64,000 nucleotides of DNA from Mytilus edulis (Eukaryota), in NCBI RefSeq assembly GCF_963676685.1, contig NC_092351.1:20212001-20276000 (forward strand). Reading direction: 5' to 3'. This document shows, piece after piece, positions 1 through 11,770 of the stretch (the stretch's first letter is position 1; the number at the start of each line of letters is the position of its first letter). The translations under genes were made by a program, and so were the position numbers. Below the pieces are notes generated by a model, which was not told the origin of the DNA, ran no database searches, and saw nothing but the letters and a program-made list of their open reading frames with translations.

Positions 1-1956
1 TTGACAAATCTGGTTCGCTGACTTGTGACATGAACAATAAAAATATATTTGATATTTGAAACGGGGAAATATGTTCTGGTTCATCATAAGGAGTTGAAAA
101 ATATCGCTAGATATATAAAAGCTATAATTATGTAGTATACGTTTCAAAACATTAAAACTGATCAAAACTTGCATGGATTTTGATGTGCAGTTTTTTTCCA
201 GTCTGCAGAAGATAGCAAAATAAACAAACACCGGAGTTTCATTTGATACGGCCCACTCCGTTACACAGTTTAAAATACCTATTGTTTGCAGATGTCTGTT
301 GTACATTAAATCAATAATACTCACAACATCAATTATCTTTCCGCCATTTTAGTTTATTTTGGCACCTTTTGCAGGAATGGAAAAAAAAACTGAATAACAA
401 AATCTAGTTAAGTTTTGTAATTTTCTGAAACACGAAATGCATTTAAAATTTATATGTCTAGTTCCTGCCATCCCTTAAAACTTTTGCAGATGCATAGGTA
501 TGTCTGTACACAGAGTAAAATTTGTGGTGTAATTGCGGCCATTTTAGCCAGAAGGTTATGATGAACCTTGGACAACAACCCGACCAAAGAGTAGACAACA
601 AAGAGTACATAATAAATTAGGACACCGAATCCTAGTGGCAACTTTAAATTAACAGAACAATGATCGTGAAAATAGAGGCAAATTGTGTACTTGTATCGAG
701 CGGTAAATTCAATCTTAAATATTCCTGGTCCGCGCAATTTACATAAGAAAAAATAGCTCTACTACTTTTAATTATGCAAATTCATCAGCACCTTGGAGTT
801 GTATGAGCTGTAACGCAGTAAATCACTCTACCATACCTTTTCCATCAACAATTGTAATGTTCCTCTGATACTTTTATTAAATTATTTATCTTGCAGATCT
901 TAAAAATAGATTCAAAATTACATTCAAGCTGCCGCTACATGTCAGTGCATACACTCTTGTATAAATAATAGTGTATGTAGTATTTTTTTTTGTTGAAAAC
1001 GCAAATGATTTTTTTTTTTTTACAATAACTGTCATCATATGGTCATATTTATGTTGAATTTCATTCGATGGACAATGTTATTAACATCCGTGTTGGTGTT
1101 GCTTTTCATAAATTTTTGGTTTCAAAACAAACAAAACGGACTGATATACATAGACAAAACCGGATGATTGTGGCGTAAACAATATTGACCAAACCGGCCT
1201 CTTCCATTTTTACATGACCCATTTCAGTCTTTCATTCCATTCACAGATATACAAGTATTGAGGTTCTCAAAGTGGCTAGTTTTGTAATCTCCGTGTCAAT
1301 ATCTTTCTGTTCATACCTTTCTTCTCGTACAATATGAACAATTTAAGGATTATGTACCCTTGTATTTCTTCAATGCTAAACATGGAAATTTTATAGAAAA
1401 TCTACAGCCATTCCCCTTGTGCTCTCATATTTGGTAATTCAGTACTTGATAGATAGAGGATTATTGCATGCAGTGCTAGCGATGATTTCCTTTAAACAGG
1501 TTTATGAATTTATATATTGGTTAAGGTTTATGTACCCTTCTCACTGGGGTAAAGCTGATGACCGTAACTGCATTCACGGTCATCCCAAGATGTCGGATGA
1601 AAAATTAGGTCAGTTTCTGTATTGTCTGTTAAAGTGTTTCTATATCATTTTCTTTACAAATCATACATTGAAACGATGTAAATTTATAAAAGAATCACTC
1701 GAAAATCACTAATTACTTCCGAGAAATGTGCATGAAACGGGAAATTCGATTTGAAAAAATCGTTAAGATGACCGTAAATCATAATCAAAATATTTTCAAG
1801 ATGACCGTAACATAAAACAAGGATGACCGTGATTGGTAAAAAGATGACCGTAACTTGTAAAGGATGACCGTAGTTTGTAAAGACTGACTGTAATTTATAT
1901 AGGACGAACGTAACTTTTATAGGATGACCATCAATTCTAAGTATTGTATTCAAAGC

Positions 1957-2594
1957 TTTTTTGTTGAGTTTGTCGATCTCAATAAGGGCTCGGTTAGCGG
2001 ATACAAAAATGTCGGTTATTCATTTGGGGATGTACGGCGGGCGGGCGGGCGGGTTCGGGCAGCAATCAAATGTTGTCCGTGCATTAACTCATGAACCGTT
2101 CAACCAAAGCTTTTAAAATTTTAATATGTTGTTACTAACAACTAAATGAAGGTCAAGTTCAATAATGGCGATTTTGACTTTTACCGTTCAGGAGTTATGG
2201 TTCTTTAAAGATTGAAAAATGGAGTTTCCAGTCGTGTCCGTGCATTTACTCATGCACTGTTCTACCTAAGCTTCCCAAATTTTAATATGTTGTTACTGAT
2301 GACAAAATGGAGGTCGAGTTCAATAATGACGATTTTGACTTTTACAGTTCAGGAGTTATGGTTCTTGAAAGATTGTGAAATGGCGTTTCCATTCACGTTG
2401 TTGCATTTACTCATGAACCATTCAATCTAAGCTTTTCAAATTTTAAGATGTTGATACTGATGACAAAATGGAGGTCAAATTTAAAATTGACGATTTTCAC
2501 TTTCACCATTCATCAGTAATGGTTCTTGTGATATTGCCAGGACACAAATAAATATTAATAAATCCGGTTTGCTGTCGTTGTGACAGCCTCTTGT
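1957..2594 (+). repeat. Helentron/HINE-like non-autonomous element with (GGGC)n and internal tandem units
   Basis: T-run start, GGGCGGGCGG microsatellite, three related internal units, CTCTTGTT end. Confidence 0.5.
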
Positions 2595-2734
2595 TTTGAA
2601 CTATAATATAATTGGCCATATTTAGGATTTATAACAATGATAGTAAATTGCATCTTTCTCGTAAACAATGAAATATTTATTGATATCGACGTTAAAATTT
2701 TAACACAAATTGACAGCGATACGACGAAAATTTG

Positions 2735-2982
2735 AAGAAACATGAATATGTCCCTAGTACACGGATGCCTCATCTACACTATCATTTTCTATGTTTAGTG
2801 GACAATGAAAATGGGATAAAACTGTAATTTGGCTTTAGAATTAAAAAGATCATACCATAGGGAAAATGTGTACTAAGTTTCAATTTTATTTAACTTGAAG
2901 CTGGACAAACGGACAAACAGACGAACGGACGAACGTACGCACAGACCAGAAAAACATAATGCCAATAAATGGAGCATTAAAA
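2735..2982. repeat. Dispersed HINE-like repeat (related copies at 30310-30772 and 42325-42650)
   Basis: Shared ...TAGTACACGGATGCC...CACTATCATTTTCTATGTT...(GGAC/AGAC)n...GCAT(T)AAAAA. Confidence 0.6.
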
Positions 2983-3323
2983 ACATTAATAATACATACG
3001 AATATTTGGTAATCGAGCCCATGTGTATGGTTCCAGATGAAGCAGATTAAAATCTTAATTTGTCTTGATATATGCAGGCAGAAACACTTTTGAAATAGAA
3101 CAAAAGAATCGAAGCTCTGTGTATATCGAGAAAGCGATAAATGTTAACTGTAATGTTTGATATAGTAACAAAATTTTAAAAAGTTAATAGAAACAAATAA
3201 AACGACAATTTTCTTATTTTAAAAACACCATTTGCATAAGTTTTCAATGTATCTATTACATAGCAAAACAATAAGATATAAAGTCGACGATATAAAGTCG
3301 ACGACATGGTTCTTATCGGGGAC

Positions 3324-3460
3324 TTTTATAGCTGACTATGCAGTATGGGCTTTGCTCATTGTTGAAGGCCTTACGGTTACCTATAGTTGTTAATGTTTGT
3401 GTCATTTTGGTCTTTTCTGGATAGTTGTCTCATTGGCAATAATACCACATCTTCTTTTTT
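3324..3460. repeat. Short dispersed repeat (also 61058-61192; degenerate near 18000-18125 and 57590-57725)
   Basis: GACTATGCAGTATGGGCTTTGCTCATTGTTGAAGGCC...GTTGTCTCAT...ACCACATCTTC shared between copies. Confidence 0.7.
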
Positions 3461-6100
3461 ATATATAGTATCTAAAGTTGGATGTAAAAAATGCATAACC
3501 TCCGATTTTTTTTTATCACGGACGGAGAACATATCAATCTTTTAGTTCAGAAATTTTCGTGTCTGCCCTTCCATTATGTGAAACAAGAAAAAATTCCCCA
3601 AAACAGGTAACGATTGTATCGAAAAGAGAAAAATCGAGTGCACCTTTTCATGTTAGGGCATGTTTGGGGTGTATATTTTGTCTTTAAAACGTACAAAGCA
3701 AGAGTATTTTATATAGCATATCGCTTCAGATTCTATCATTATTATATATCAAAGCTACAGGTTGACTTTATAACGTAAAAAAATGACAGTACGAAAAGAT
3801 GAAATATATGGGTCAAGTGAGATACCTATCTAATGAATCACAAAAACAGAGTAGGTGTGTTCGAATAGCTATTTTTTTCTAAAAGTACTTGACGACAGTC
3901 TTAATTTGGATGATGAAAATGGATATCTTCGAAAAAATATGATTTTCTTGTGTGTGATAACTAGGGTTTATAATCTTCAACCACTGTTTAGTTTGCCCTT
4001 CCACGAAATATTTAATTAGAATTATTTTAAATGCTTAAGAATTTTCAAAAATTCCATCTGACATCCGAACAGACAATATTTTTAAGTTGAATCAATGCAG
4101 ACAAGATCATTAACTAATGCTCATTAGCTAGTAGATACATTTGTCTTTTAAAGTATAACTGACATATAACGATCGATCGTAATGGTGCTATGTGGTTAAA
4201 TTTATCAGTTTTCAAGAGCAAAATTGGCAGAGCGTCATCCCTACAATGGCTTCCATTTCTACGATTGTGGGCATGAACTGGCGTAATGGGGAGATAATTT
4301 TGAAGAAGTAGAATCCTGACTGTATGAATAACATTTCTGTATATATACAAATTGACAACGTTCCGCCTTGTGATACGCTTTTCGTACAATACTATTTTAA
4401 GGATCTACTTTGCTAGAGCTCACCTTCACTAGTTTATTCGAATGATATTTTCAAAATGTTTCTGTTATTTTATTTGCACGACAAAATGAAAGACGATATA
4501 ATATCAATGGGTGTACATGCAATTTTTTGGCATTTTTAAAAATGTGTATTTATTATATGTCATTAAAAGGAATCCCAGAAACAAACAAAAATCTTTTGTC
4601 GAGCAGTTGAAGGCTGTGCACCCCATTTTTTTTTTATTATGCTTGTAAGGTGTCATTTTATCGCGCTTTTGTGGCATGTTTTCCCTTCCTGTTCATTTGC
4701 ATGTCTTTTGGCAATCATTTCATACAAAAAGATAGTTGTATAATTACGGATATTTCTTAGAATTGAGGGTCATCCTTTAAAAGTTACGGTCATCATTTAC
4801 AAATTACGGTCATCTTAAAAGCAGTTACGGTCAGCCTTGTTATGAATCGCTGATTCTGTTACGGTCATCTCGATTGTGATTTACGGTCATCTTGGCGATT
4901 TTTTCAAATCGAATTTCCCGTTTCATGCACATTTTTCAGAAGTAATTAGTGATTTCCGAGTGATTCTTTTATAAATTTACATCGTTTCAATGTATGATTT
5001 GTAAAGAAAATGATATAGAAACACTTTATCAGACAATACAGAAACTGACCTAATTTTTCATCCGACATCTTGGGATAACCGTGAATGCAGTTACGGTCAT
5101 CAGCTTTACCCCAGTGCTTCTGTAGCCATTTTTGTACGAATTTTTCAAACCTCAATTGTATCAAAACTAAAGATATAATAAATAATAGAGATAGGCCATT
5201 TAGTACATGTTCCAAGGGGAAAATTGATGCAAAGCATTATTTTTTACTGTTTCATTGCATTTGATAGTAAAAGAGGACTTTGTGGCAAATAAATCAAGAT
5301 TTTTATAGAAAATCCACAGCCTTTAATACAGAGATTTTTGTTATAAAATTTGAAACATAAATTACTCACTTGATTTTCTATGATGTGCTAGTGTTTATTT
5401 TTTACAAAAAGTTCTAAGAAACCTGTAAATTCCAAAACACCTCGTGCTAAGTCACTAAAGTCGAGCGCACCCTAAACGGTGTACTTGATTTTGGCCATAT
5501 TTATACTTGTCTTAACCAGAAACTACATTTATAAACTTGTTTTAAGAAAATCAATGCTAGCACTGCATGCAATAATCCTATATCTATCAGTCATCAAATT
5601 GCCAAATATGAGAGTACAAGGATAAAGGCTGTGGATTTTTTTTTTAAAATCTTGATTTATTTGCCACAAAGTCCTCTTTTTCTATTAAATGCAATGGAAC
5701 ATAAAAAAATAATGCTTTGCCTCAAGTTTCCCCTTGGAATGTGTACAAAATGGCCTATCTCTATTATTCATTATATTTGTAGTTTTGATACAATTGAAGT
5801 TTGAAAAGTTCGTACGTAACAAAAATGGCTACAGAAGGGTACATAAACCTTAAAATAAATATAAATATGGACTAATTCAAGTACACCTTCTAGGGTGCGC
5901 TCGATTTTAGTGACTCAGCACGAGGTGTTTTGGAATTTAAAGGGTGTTTAGGATTTTTTGAAAACAATAAAGGCTAGCTGATCATAAAAAAAAAACAAGT
6001 GAGTAAACTATGTTTCAAAGTTTATAACAAAAAATCTCTGTATTAAAGTGTGGATTTTCTACAAAATTCTTCATTTAATTTTCACCATATTCCCTTTTAC

Positions 6101-6139
6101 CAAGGATTTGTATAGTATACTATACTATACAAATCCTTG
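6101..6139. mobile_element. P-superfamily-like excision footprint or mini-element (17-nt TIR + 5 + 17-nt TIR; 7-bp TSD)
   Basis: CTTTTAC|CAAGGATTTGTATAGTA-TACTA-TACTATACAAATCCTTG|CTTTTAC. Confidence 0.7.
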
Positions 6140-6668
6140 CTTTTACTATTAAATGCAAAGAAACTATAAATAATTATGCTTATCACGAAGTTTCCCCCTG
6201 GTATATGTACGAATCGGCCCATCTCTATTATTTATTATCTTTGCTGTTTTGATACTATTGCAGTTTGAAAAGTTCATAATTCACAGGCCACAGAAGGGGT
6301 CATAAACCTTAACGAGATATTAAACAAATTTGAGGCAAGGTTCACTCAATTCGTCATTTTGACATGCATTTTTACTTATTTCTCCGTTAATGTTGAACAG
6401 TTGTAGAAAATATTAATATATGTGAACACATTCTTCGGTATCATAAAAATAACAAATAAATAAACAAATCAACTTTTTCTCTATCCGATTATGTTCTGTC
6501 ACCGTGCTGGATATTAAATACCATCAAGTCCAAACATTTTGTGTCGATGTGGTTTGGACACAGTGTTTCTGATGGTATAAAAAAAAACACCGAATTTTTC
6601 AGCAATGACCTAGGTTATCAAGTTTACAGGCACGATAGAAACAGACCCCCATGGGAAGTACTTATTGC

Positions 6669-6826
6669 CATAGGCGGATCCAGGGGGGGGGGGGGGCGGC
6701 CCCCCTTTTGTGGGAAAAATTTGGTTGATTATATAGGGAATCACAAGCATGACCGGAGAGGGCCCCCTTAGGTCAGTCAGAGCCCCCCCCCCCCCCTCCT
6801 TAGGAAAAGTTCTGGATCCGCCACTG
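6669..6826. mobile_element. hAT-like MITE with 5-bp TSD inserted in the LINE
   Basis: ATTGC|CATAGGCGGATCC ... GGATCCGCCACTG|ATTGC. Confidence 0.75.
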
Positions 6827-7628
6827 ATTGCTATCAAGGATTATGTACTTTATAGACCACTGGGGAGAACTGACGACCTTTACATAACAAACCAACTCTT
6901 ATATGGAAATCACAGACCTGAAAACTAACAATAAAAATATAATCCATATAATTGGAGATTTTAATGCTCCAAATATTTCATGGGGAAAGCAACTCAATTT
7001 CAGGATCGCAACATTATAGCCTCTTAGAGTCGGCCAAACATATTTCGACATCTTACAGGATATGGTATTAGAACAAATGTCAAAATTCCCAACAAGACCC
7101 CAAAACACACTAGAACTACTACTTACAAGTCATCCTTCCTTTATGATGCGCTGTAAGCCACTTCCACCTATTGGACTAAAAAGTGATCATGATATAGTAC
7201 TGTACCGTACGACACAAATATACAACCAAATCGAGTTAAGCCAACACTAAGAAAGATTTTCTTGTGGAAAAAAGCTAACATGAAAGCAGTTAAAATTTTG
7301 CTTAAGAACTTTGGTGAACAATTCTGTCAATCGAAAGACCCGACATTGGAGGCTACGTGGAAGGCAAGAAATACAATCCTGGAACATCTTATCGAAAAGC
7401 ATGTATCAACAAAACAAACAATGAACAGGCACACATCCATGGATAAACACCCAGACAAGAAGAGCAATGAGAAGAAAACAAAGAGCTCACTCCAAAGCTA
7501 AACGTACTTATAACCAAAGCGACTGGAAAAACTACAAAAGACTGAAAGCAAACACCCAAAAGGAGACGAGAAAATCTCATATAAAGTAAATCCGATATGT
7601 TGTCAGCAATAACTTCAGAGAAAATCCT

Positions 7629-7767
7629 CAATCTAATTTACAATCGATCTCTCGTCGATTCCGTTTTCTGAGCTCCCACGCGACATATCAGAAAACGGGA
7701 GCGAGGAAGCTCCCACGCGACATATCAAATAACGGGAGCGATGAGAGATCGGTTTTTAATTAGATTG
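7629..7767. mobile_element. Fold-back mini-element at a deletion point in the LINE
   Basis: CAATCTAATT..CGATCTCTC / GAGAGATCG..AATTAGATTG inverted arms; internal GCTCCCACGCGACATATCA duplicated; no TSD. Confidence 0.55.
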
Positions 7768-9521
7768 CACATTTTTGGAAAACAACATCTTGACAGACAT
7801 GCAGTCAGCATGGATTCAGAGCTCGTAGATCCTGTGAGACACAACTAATTTCAATAATACTGAGAAGGAATTGCCAAACAACTGAAATCAGGGAAAGATC
7901 AAGTGGACGTAATCTAACTCGATTTTGCAAAGGCATTTGACAAAGTCCCACGCTGCAGATTACTCAACAAACTGAACGACTATGGCATTAGAGACGAAAA
8001 CCTGAAATAAATAAAATATATAAAATCTTTCTTAGAAAACAGGAAACAACAGGTGGTAGTTGAGAGCTGTAAGTAATCACTGGGAGACGTACTTTCAGAG
8101 GGACTGTGTTAGGACCCTTACTCTTCCTAGTATATATTAACGACTTACCAGAAACGGTTCAACATTCAACTGTCAAACTATTCGCTGACGACTGCCTCCT
8201 ATTCTACCATATCAAGAATTCCCAGACGAAGCCAAACTACAACAGGACCTTTCAGCACTAGAAGACTGGAAAACCAAATGGCAGATGAAATTCCACCCAG
8301 AAAAATGCACCGTCATCCGCATTAGCACAAACATGCCGTAAATCAAAAAAAGAGACATACTATAAATTACATGACCACACTCTCGAAACTGTACCAACCA
8401 TCAAATAGCTAGAAGTAAATTTCAGTGAGGACCTACAATGGAAACATCATATTGACGTGACTGTCAAAAAAGCTTCCAAATCATTGGATTCCTTAGGCGT
8501 AACCTTCGAGAATGCAGCAAGAATGTCAGTACGAAATGCAGCCTATATCTGGTCAGACCCACACTTTAATATGCAAGTTCGGCATGGACCCTCATACCAC
8601 TGAGGACATAAACCGCTTAGAACAAGTGCAAAGGAGGACCGCCAAACAAACTAAACTGATAAAACACCTGTGTTACAACTATGGTTAAGACAATAGGATG
8701 GGAACCAATAGCTAACAGACGAATTAACCATCGACTAGTCATGCTTTACAAGATACACTTCATGAGGTAGTGGACATTGATGCCAGTTCGTGCGTCCAAA
8801 CGATCGGCATACTAGAGGCAAACAGCGCCTATATATCAACCACCAGCAAACCAGAGAGTAAATAAGTACTCATACTTTCCACGGACTATACAAGAGTGGA
8901 ACCACTTTCCAACAGCTACAACTGAAGTTCTGACAATATAGGGGTTCCAGAGTGCACTAGCCAACACCAGTGCACCTCAGAAAACAACACCATAGACAGC
9001 AGCCAAGTGTACATAGTTTTAAATTGTATATATTCGGAACGTTTATTTGTAAATAGTTACAAGAGATTTACTGTCTCATTCTCCGCCTACATGCCTAGTG
9101 GACGATAACATTCTTTTAAAGAATCCAGTCCTTAGCAAGGAAAAAGAAGAAACATTTGCGCTATCAAACTAATATACCAGCGAAACGGTCAAACCGGTCT
9201 CAGATTTAGTGAGAAAAACATGCAGCATGGGTGGATTGAGACTACTATAGAATAGTTGACTGCCGAAAACCCTCCCTTTAATAGACATTTTTGGCCGGCA
9301 TGTCCGGGCCTTAATCCCAACAATAAACTTGTCGTAGTATAATAAATTCTGGTAAAACAGGAATTTTAGCTTAATTGAGCTTAGATTTTTTTTTTCAAAT
9401 TGCGTATATTAAGAAAACGGAACCGATTTTCATATAATAGTTGAACGAGGATATGATACATGTAAAACAAACGGATAAAAGTTAATGTTCAATATTTACT
9501 CTTTCACAACATCCACATAAG

Positions 9522-10694
9522 GTGAAAGATGCACAAAATAATGTTATTTCTTGTTATTTGCTTCATTTTTTGTCAGCAGTTTATATTCTCAAAACATTGA
9601 ACGATACAAAGACTTTAAGGAGTAATATATTCACAGTACAAGCTTACGATGCAACAATTAGACCGAGACTGGACCAAAGCAAACCTGTCGATGTCAATAT
9701 GTCCTTGTCTCTTATTGCTTTTGTACAGCTAAACGAAGCCGATGGTAAACTTGTTACTACGGGATATGTCGATATTCACTGGACAGATGAACTACTGACA
9801 TGGTCACCTGAAGATTATGGAGGAATTCGACAAATTTTTGTTCCGATGAATTTGATATGGAGACCTCATTTATTTCTCGAAAATGCGATTGAAGATTTAA
9901 CACCGCTCGGTTCAGAAGATATGTTAGCCCAAATATTCTACAACGGAACTGTTCATTGGTTACAATATCAGTTGTTTGAAACTACCTGTACCCTAGATTT
10001 TACCTACTACCCGTATGATACTCAGAATTGCCTATTCAAATTTATAGTTTGGAGTATACATACAGATGACGTACGGCTCTATCGTGATTTCGGCCCAACT
10101 CTTCTTAGAGACGGATTTGACCGGCATGGTATTTGGGATATAACTGCGATTGCATCTGAAAACATTAAAAAGAAATCCGCACCGCACGAAGTTGTAATTG
10201 GTTTAATCTTTCAGAGAAAGCCTGCATTTTACGTCTTAAATATGATTGTTCCTATAGTCTTATTAGCACTCTTGAATAAATTTACATTCGTTGTACCTGT
10301 CGGCGGCGATAGAATCGCCTTTACCGTGACCGCATGGCTTACATATGTAGTCTATCTCACCCTTTTTGGAACAGAATTTTCAGTAAGAACGGATTCAATA
10401 CCAGTTATCAGTATATACCTTACAGTGGAAATTGTATCTGGCACTATAATTGTTTTACTGAGTGTATATCAGTATAAACTGGCAGCTAAATCGAAAGAGT
10501 TAAACATTTCCAAGCGTTTTTGGAAGATTTTCATCTTCGTAGCTGGGATAAAAGTGAAAAATGATGATACACCATACAAGATGAAATCCGAAGAAATTTT
10601 ATCCGTCATGGATTTCTATTTCTTTTGGGGATTCTTAGGCGCATATTTATTTGAAACTATCATTACATTTGTGCACTTATCTTCTCAGCAGTAA
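9522..10694 (+). CDS. Intronless Cys-loop ligand-gated ion channel subunit, nAChR-like, non-alpha; 5' end apparently frameshifted
   Basis: YDATIRP, WTDELLTW, IWRPHLFLEN, Cys-loop CTLDFTYYPYDTQNC (C-x13-C), RKPAFY, four hydrophobic segments, GDR before M2, no vicinal CC; AATAAA near 10744. Track start is GTG; signal-peptide ATG at 9529 is in another frame. Confidence 0.88.
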   Translation: MKDAQNNVISCYLLHFLSAVYILKTLNDTKTLRSNIFTVQAYDATIRPRLDQSKPVDVNMSLSLIAFVQLNEADGKLVTTGYVDIHWTDELLTWSPEDYGGIRQIFVPMNLIWRPHLFLENAIEDLTPLGSEDMLAQIFYNGTVHWLQYQLFETTCTLDFTYYPYDTQNCLFKFIVWSIHTDDVRLYRDFGPTLLRDGFDRHGIWDITAIASENIKKKSAPHEVVIGLIFQRKPAFYVLNMIVPIVLLALLNKFTFVVPVGGDRIAFTVTAWLTYVVYLTLFGTEFSVRTDSIPVISIYLTVEIVSGTIIVLLSVYQYKLAAKSKELNISKRFWKIFIFVAGIKVKNDDTPYKMKSEEILSVMDFYFFWGFLGAYLFETIITFVHLSSQQ

Positions 10695-11470
10695 AAATCA
10701 AGCGTGTCTAAATGATTCCTTAAAAGTGACTGCTGCTAGATTGAATAAACAATCATATGATTTTTTTTCTTTTCTTTTTCAGACCAAAAGTAAAAAATGT
10801 TGAAATTTGAAACCTTTTTGGACGGTTTAATAATACCGTAGTACAAATAAACAACACGGCCATAATTCATAAAGCAGTGTACTAGTCTGATTTAAAGTGC
10901 GAATCCAGTTACCACTAGTTCAGTTTCACTGTCGCATGCGAGTATGTATACGAGGCGGAGAGGGATGGGCTGTGTTTGTTTGTACGTTTTGAAAACACAA
11001 AATAAATGATTTGAAAGTATTTTTGAACACAATGTCATTAGAATGTAACTTTTTAATGTATAACCGGATAAAGTTAAATAAAAGTGTAAAGCAGAAGAAT
11101 CCATATTGATTTCTGAATCCGATCCCTTTAAAGCTATAAGTGCGTGAATTAATTATTACTGTAAGTGCGTTCATTTCTGATAAGGAATTTGTATACGCCT
11201 GTTTACGGGACGTATTATGGTAAACTTTTGTCCATCGTCAACATGTTGGACATTAACTCAAAAAGGCTTTAACCAATTTGCATAAAACTTTGGTTAATTG
11301 TTTATATCTATTGACGTGAGCTCCCTTTCGTTTTTTTATAATTTTTAAATTATATGTTTTCGCGTTGCAGGGTTTTATTCATAACCAAAAGGGACATTTC
11401 CCAGTTTTCAGGCAATAACTCAAAAAATGCTTTCAGCAGTTCTTATGAAACTTTGATGAATTGCAGTTTA

Positions 11471-11770
11471 GGGAGCTACCATTTAATTTTTATGGGGCGG
11501 GGGGCTAGGATGAAATTTGAAAAAAATAGGCAGGACAGGAGTTTTCAGTAAAAAAAAAAGGCAGGATGAGACACTTGCCAAAAAAAAGTCAGGACTACAA
11601 TTTAGGTAAAAAAAGGTCAGGATAAACTAAAAAAAAAAAGGCAGGACCGAACAGAGTGAAAAATAAAAAGGCAGGGCAGAGATTACAGCTAAAAAAAATG
11701 CAGGACAAAATTTTTCCTCCTAGCCCCCCCCCCCCCCCCCCCCCCCCATAAAAATCAAATGGTAGCTCCC
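11471..11770. mobile_element. PIF/Harbinger (Tourist-like) MITE
   Basis: TTA|GGGAGCTACCATTT ... AAATGGTAGCTCCC|TTA; internal AAAAGGCAGGA repeats; interrupts an older repeat at ~11190-12180. Confidence 0.8.

Larger units (their letters stand above)
1542..5116. mobile_element. Non-autonomous DNA transposon with CAC termini and 5-bp TSD (Transib-like)
   Basis: TIR CACTGGGGTAAAGCTGATGACCGTAAC near-identical for ~245 bp; TSD CTTCT (1537-1541, 5117-5121), confirmed by the empty site in the opposite host TIR; subterminal GATGACCGTAA repeats. Confidence 0.8.
1525..5849. mobile_element. Inner copy of the same TTAA/Kolobok-type MITE (~745 bp without its insert, ~220-bp TIRs), opposite orientation
   Basis: TTAA|GGTTTATGTACCC ... 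GGGTACATAAACC|TTAA; TSD at 1521-1524 and 5850-5853. Confidence 0.78.
1347..6308. mobile_element. Outer TTAA-flanked non-autonomous DNA transposon (Kolobok-type), host of nested insertions
   Basis: TTAA|GGATTATGTACCC ... GGGGTCATAAACC|TTAA; 1347-1520 plus 5854-6308 is an inverted homolog of the inner copy. Confidence 0.7.
6545..9150 (+). mobile_element. Decayed non-LTR retrotransposon (APE + RT; RTE-X/CR1-like)
   Basis: Fragments YQVYRHDR, VLIAIK, IIGDFN, SDHD (endonuclease); [34 protein letters not shown] (RT); many stops and frameshifts; GAA-rich tail near 9140. Confidence 0.85.

Noticed and set aside
330-550. YY1-like GCCATTTT motifs suggesting a promoter
   Set aside because: No associated exon or start site identifiable; the motif is common in repeats.
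1557-1935. Spaced GATGACCGTAA repeats resembling a repeat-spacer array
   Set aside because: Too short and irregular for CRISPR, mirrored at the other end of the element, eukaryotic context; read as subterminal repeats.
4114-4389. 91-aa ORF inside the Transib-like element as a possible transposase remnant
   Set aside because: No recognisable motif in the frames I read; needs a profile search.
1419-5215. Near-identical ORFs 1419..1712 (+) and 4946..5215 (-) sharing HWGKADDRNCIHG
   Set aside because: Chance translations of the two TIRs of the 1542-5116 element, running across insertion junctions.
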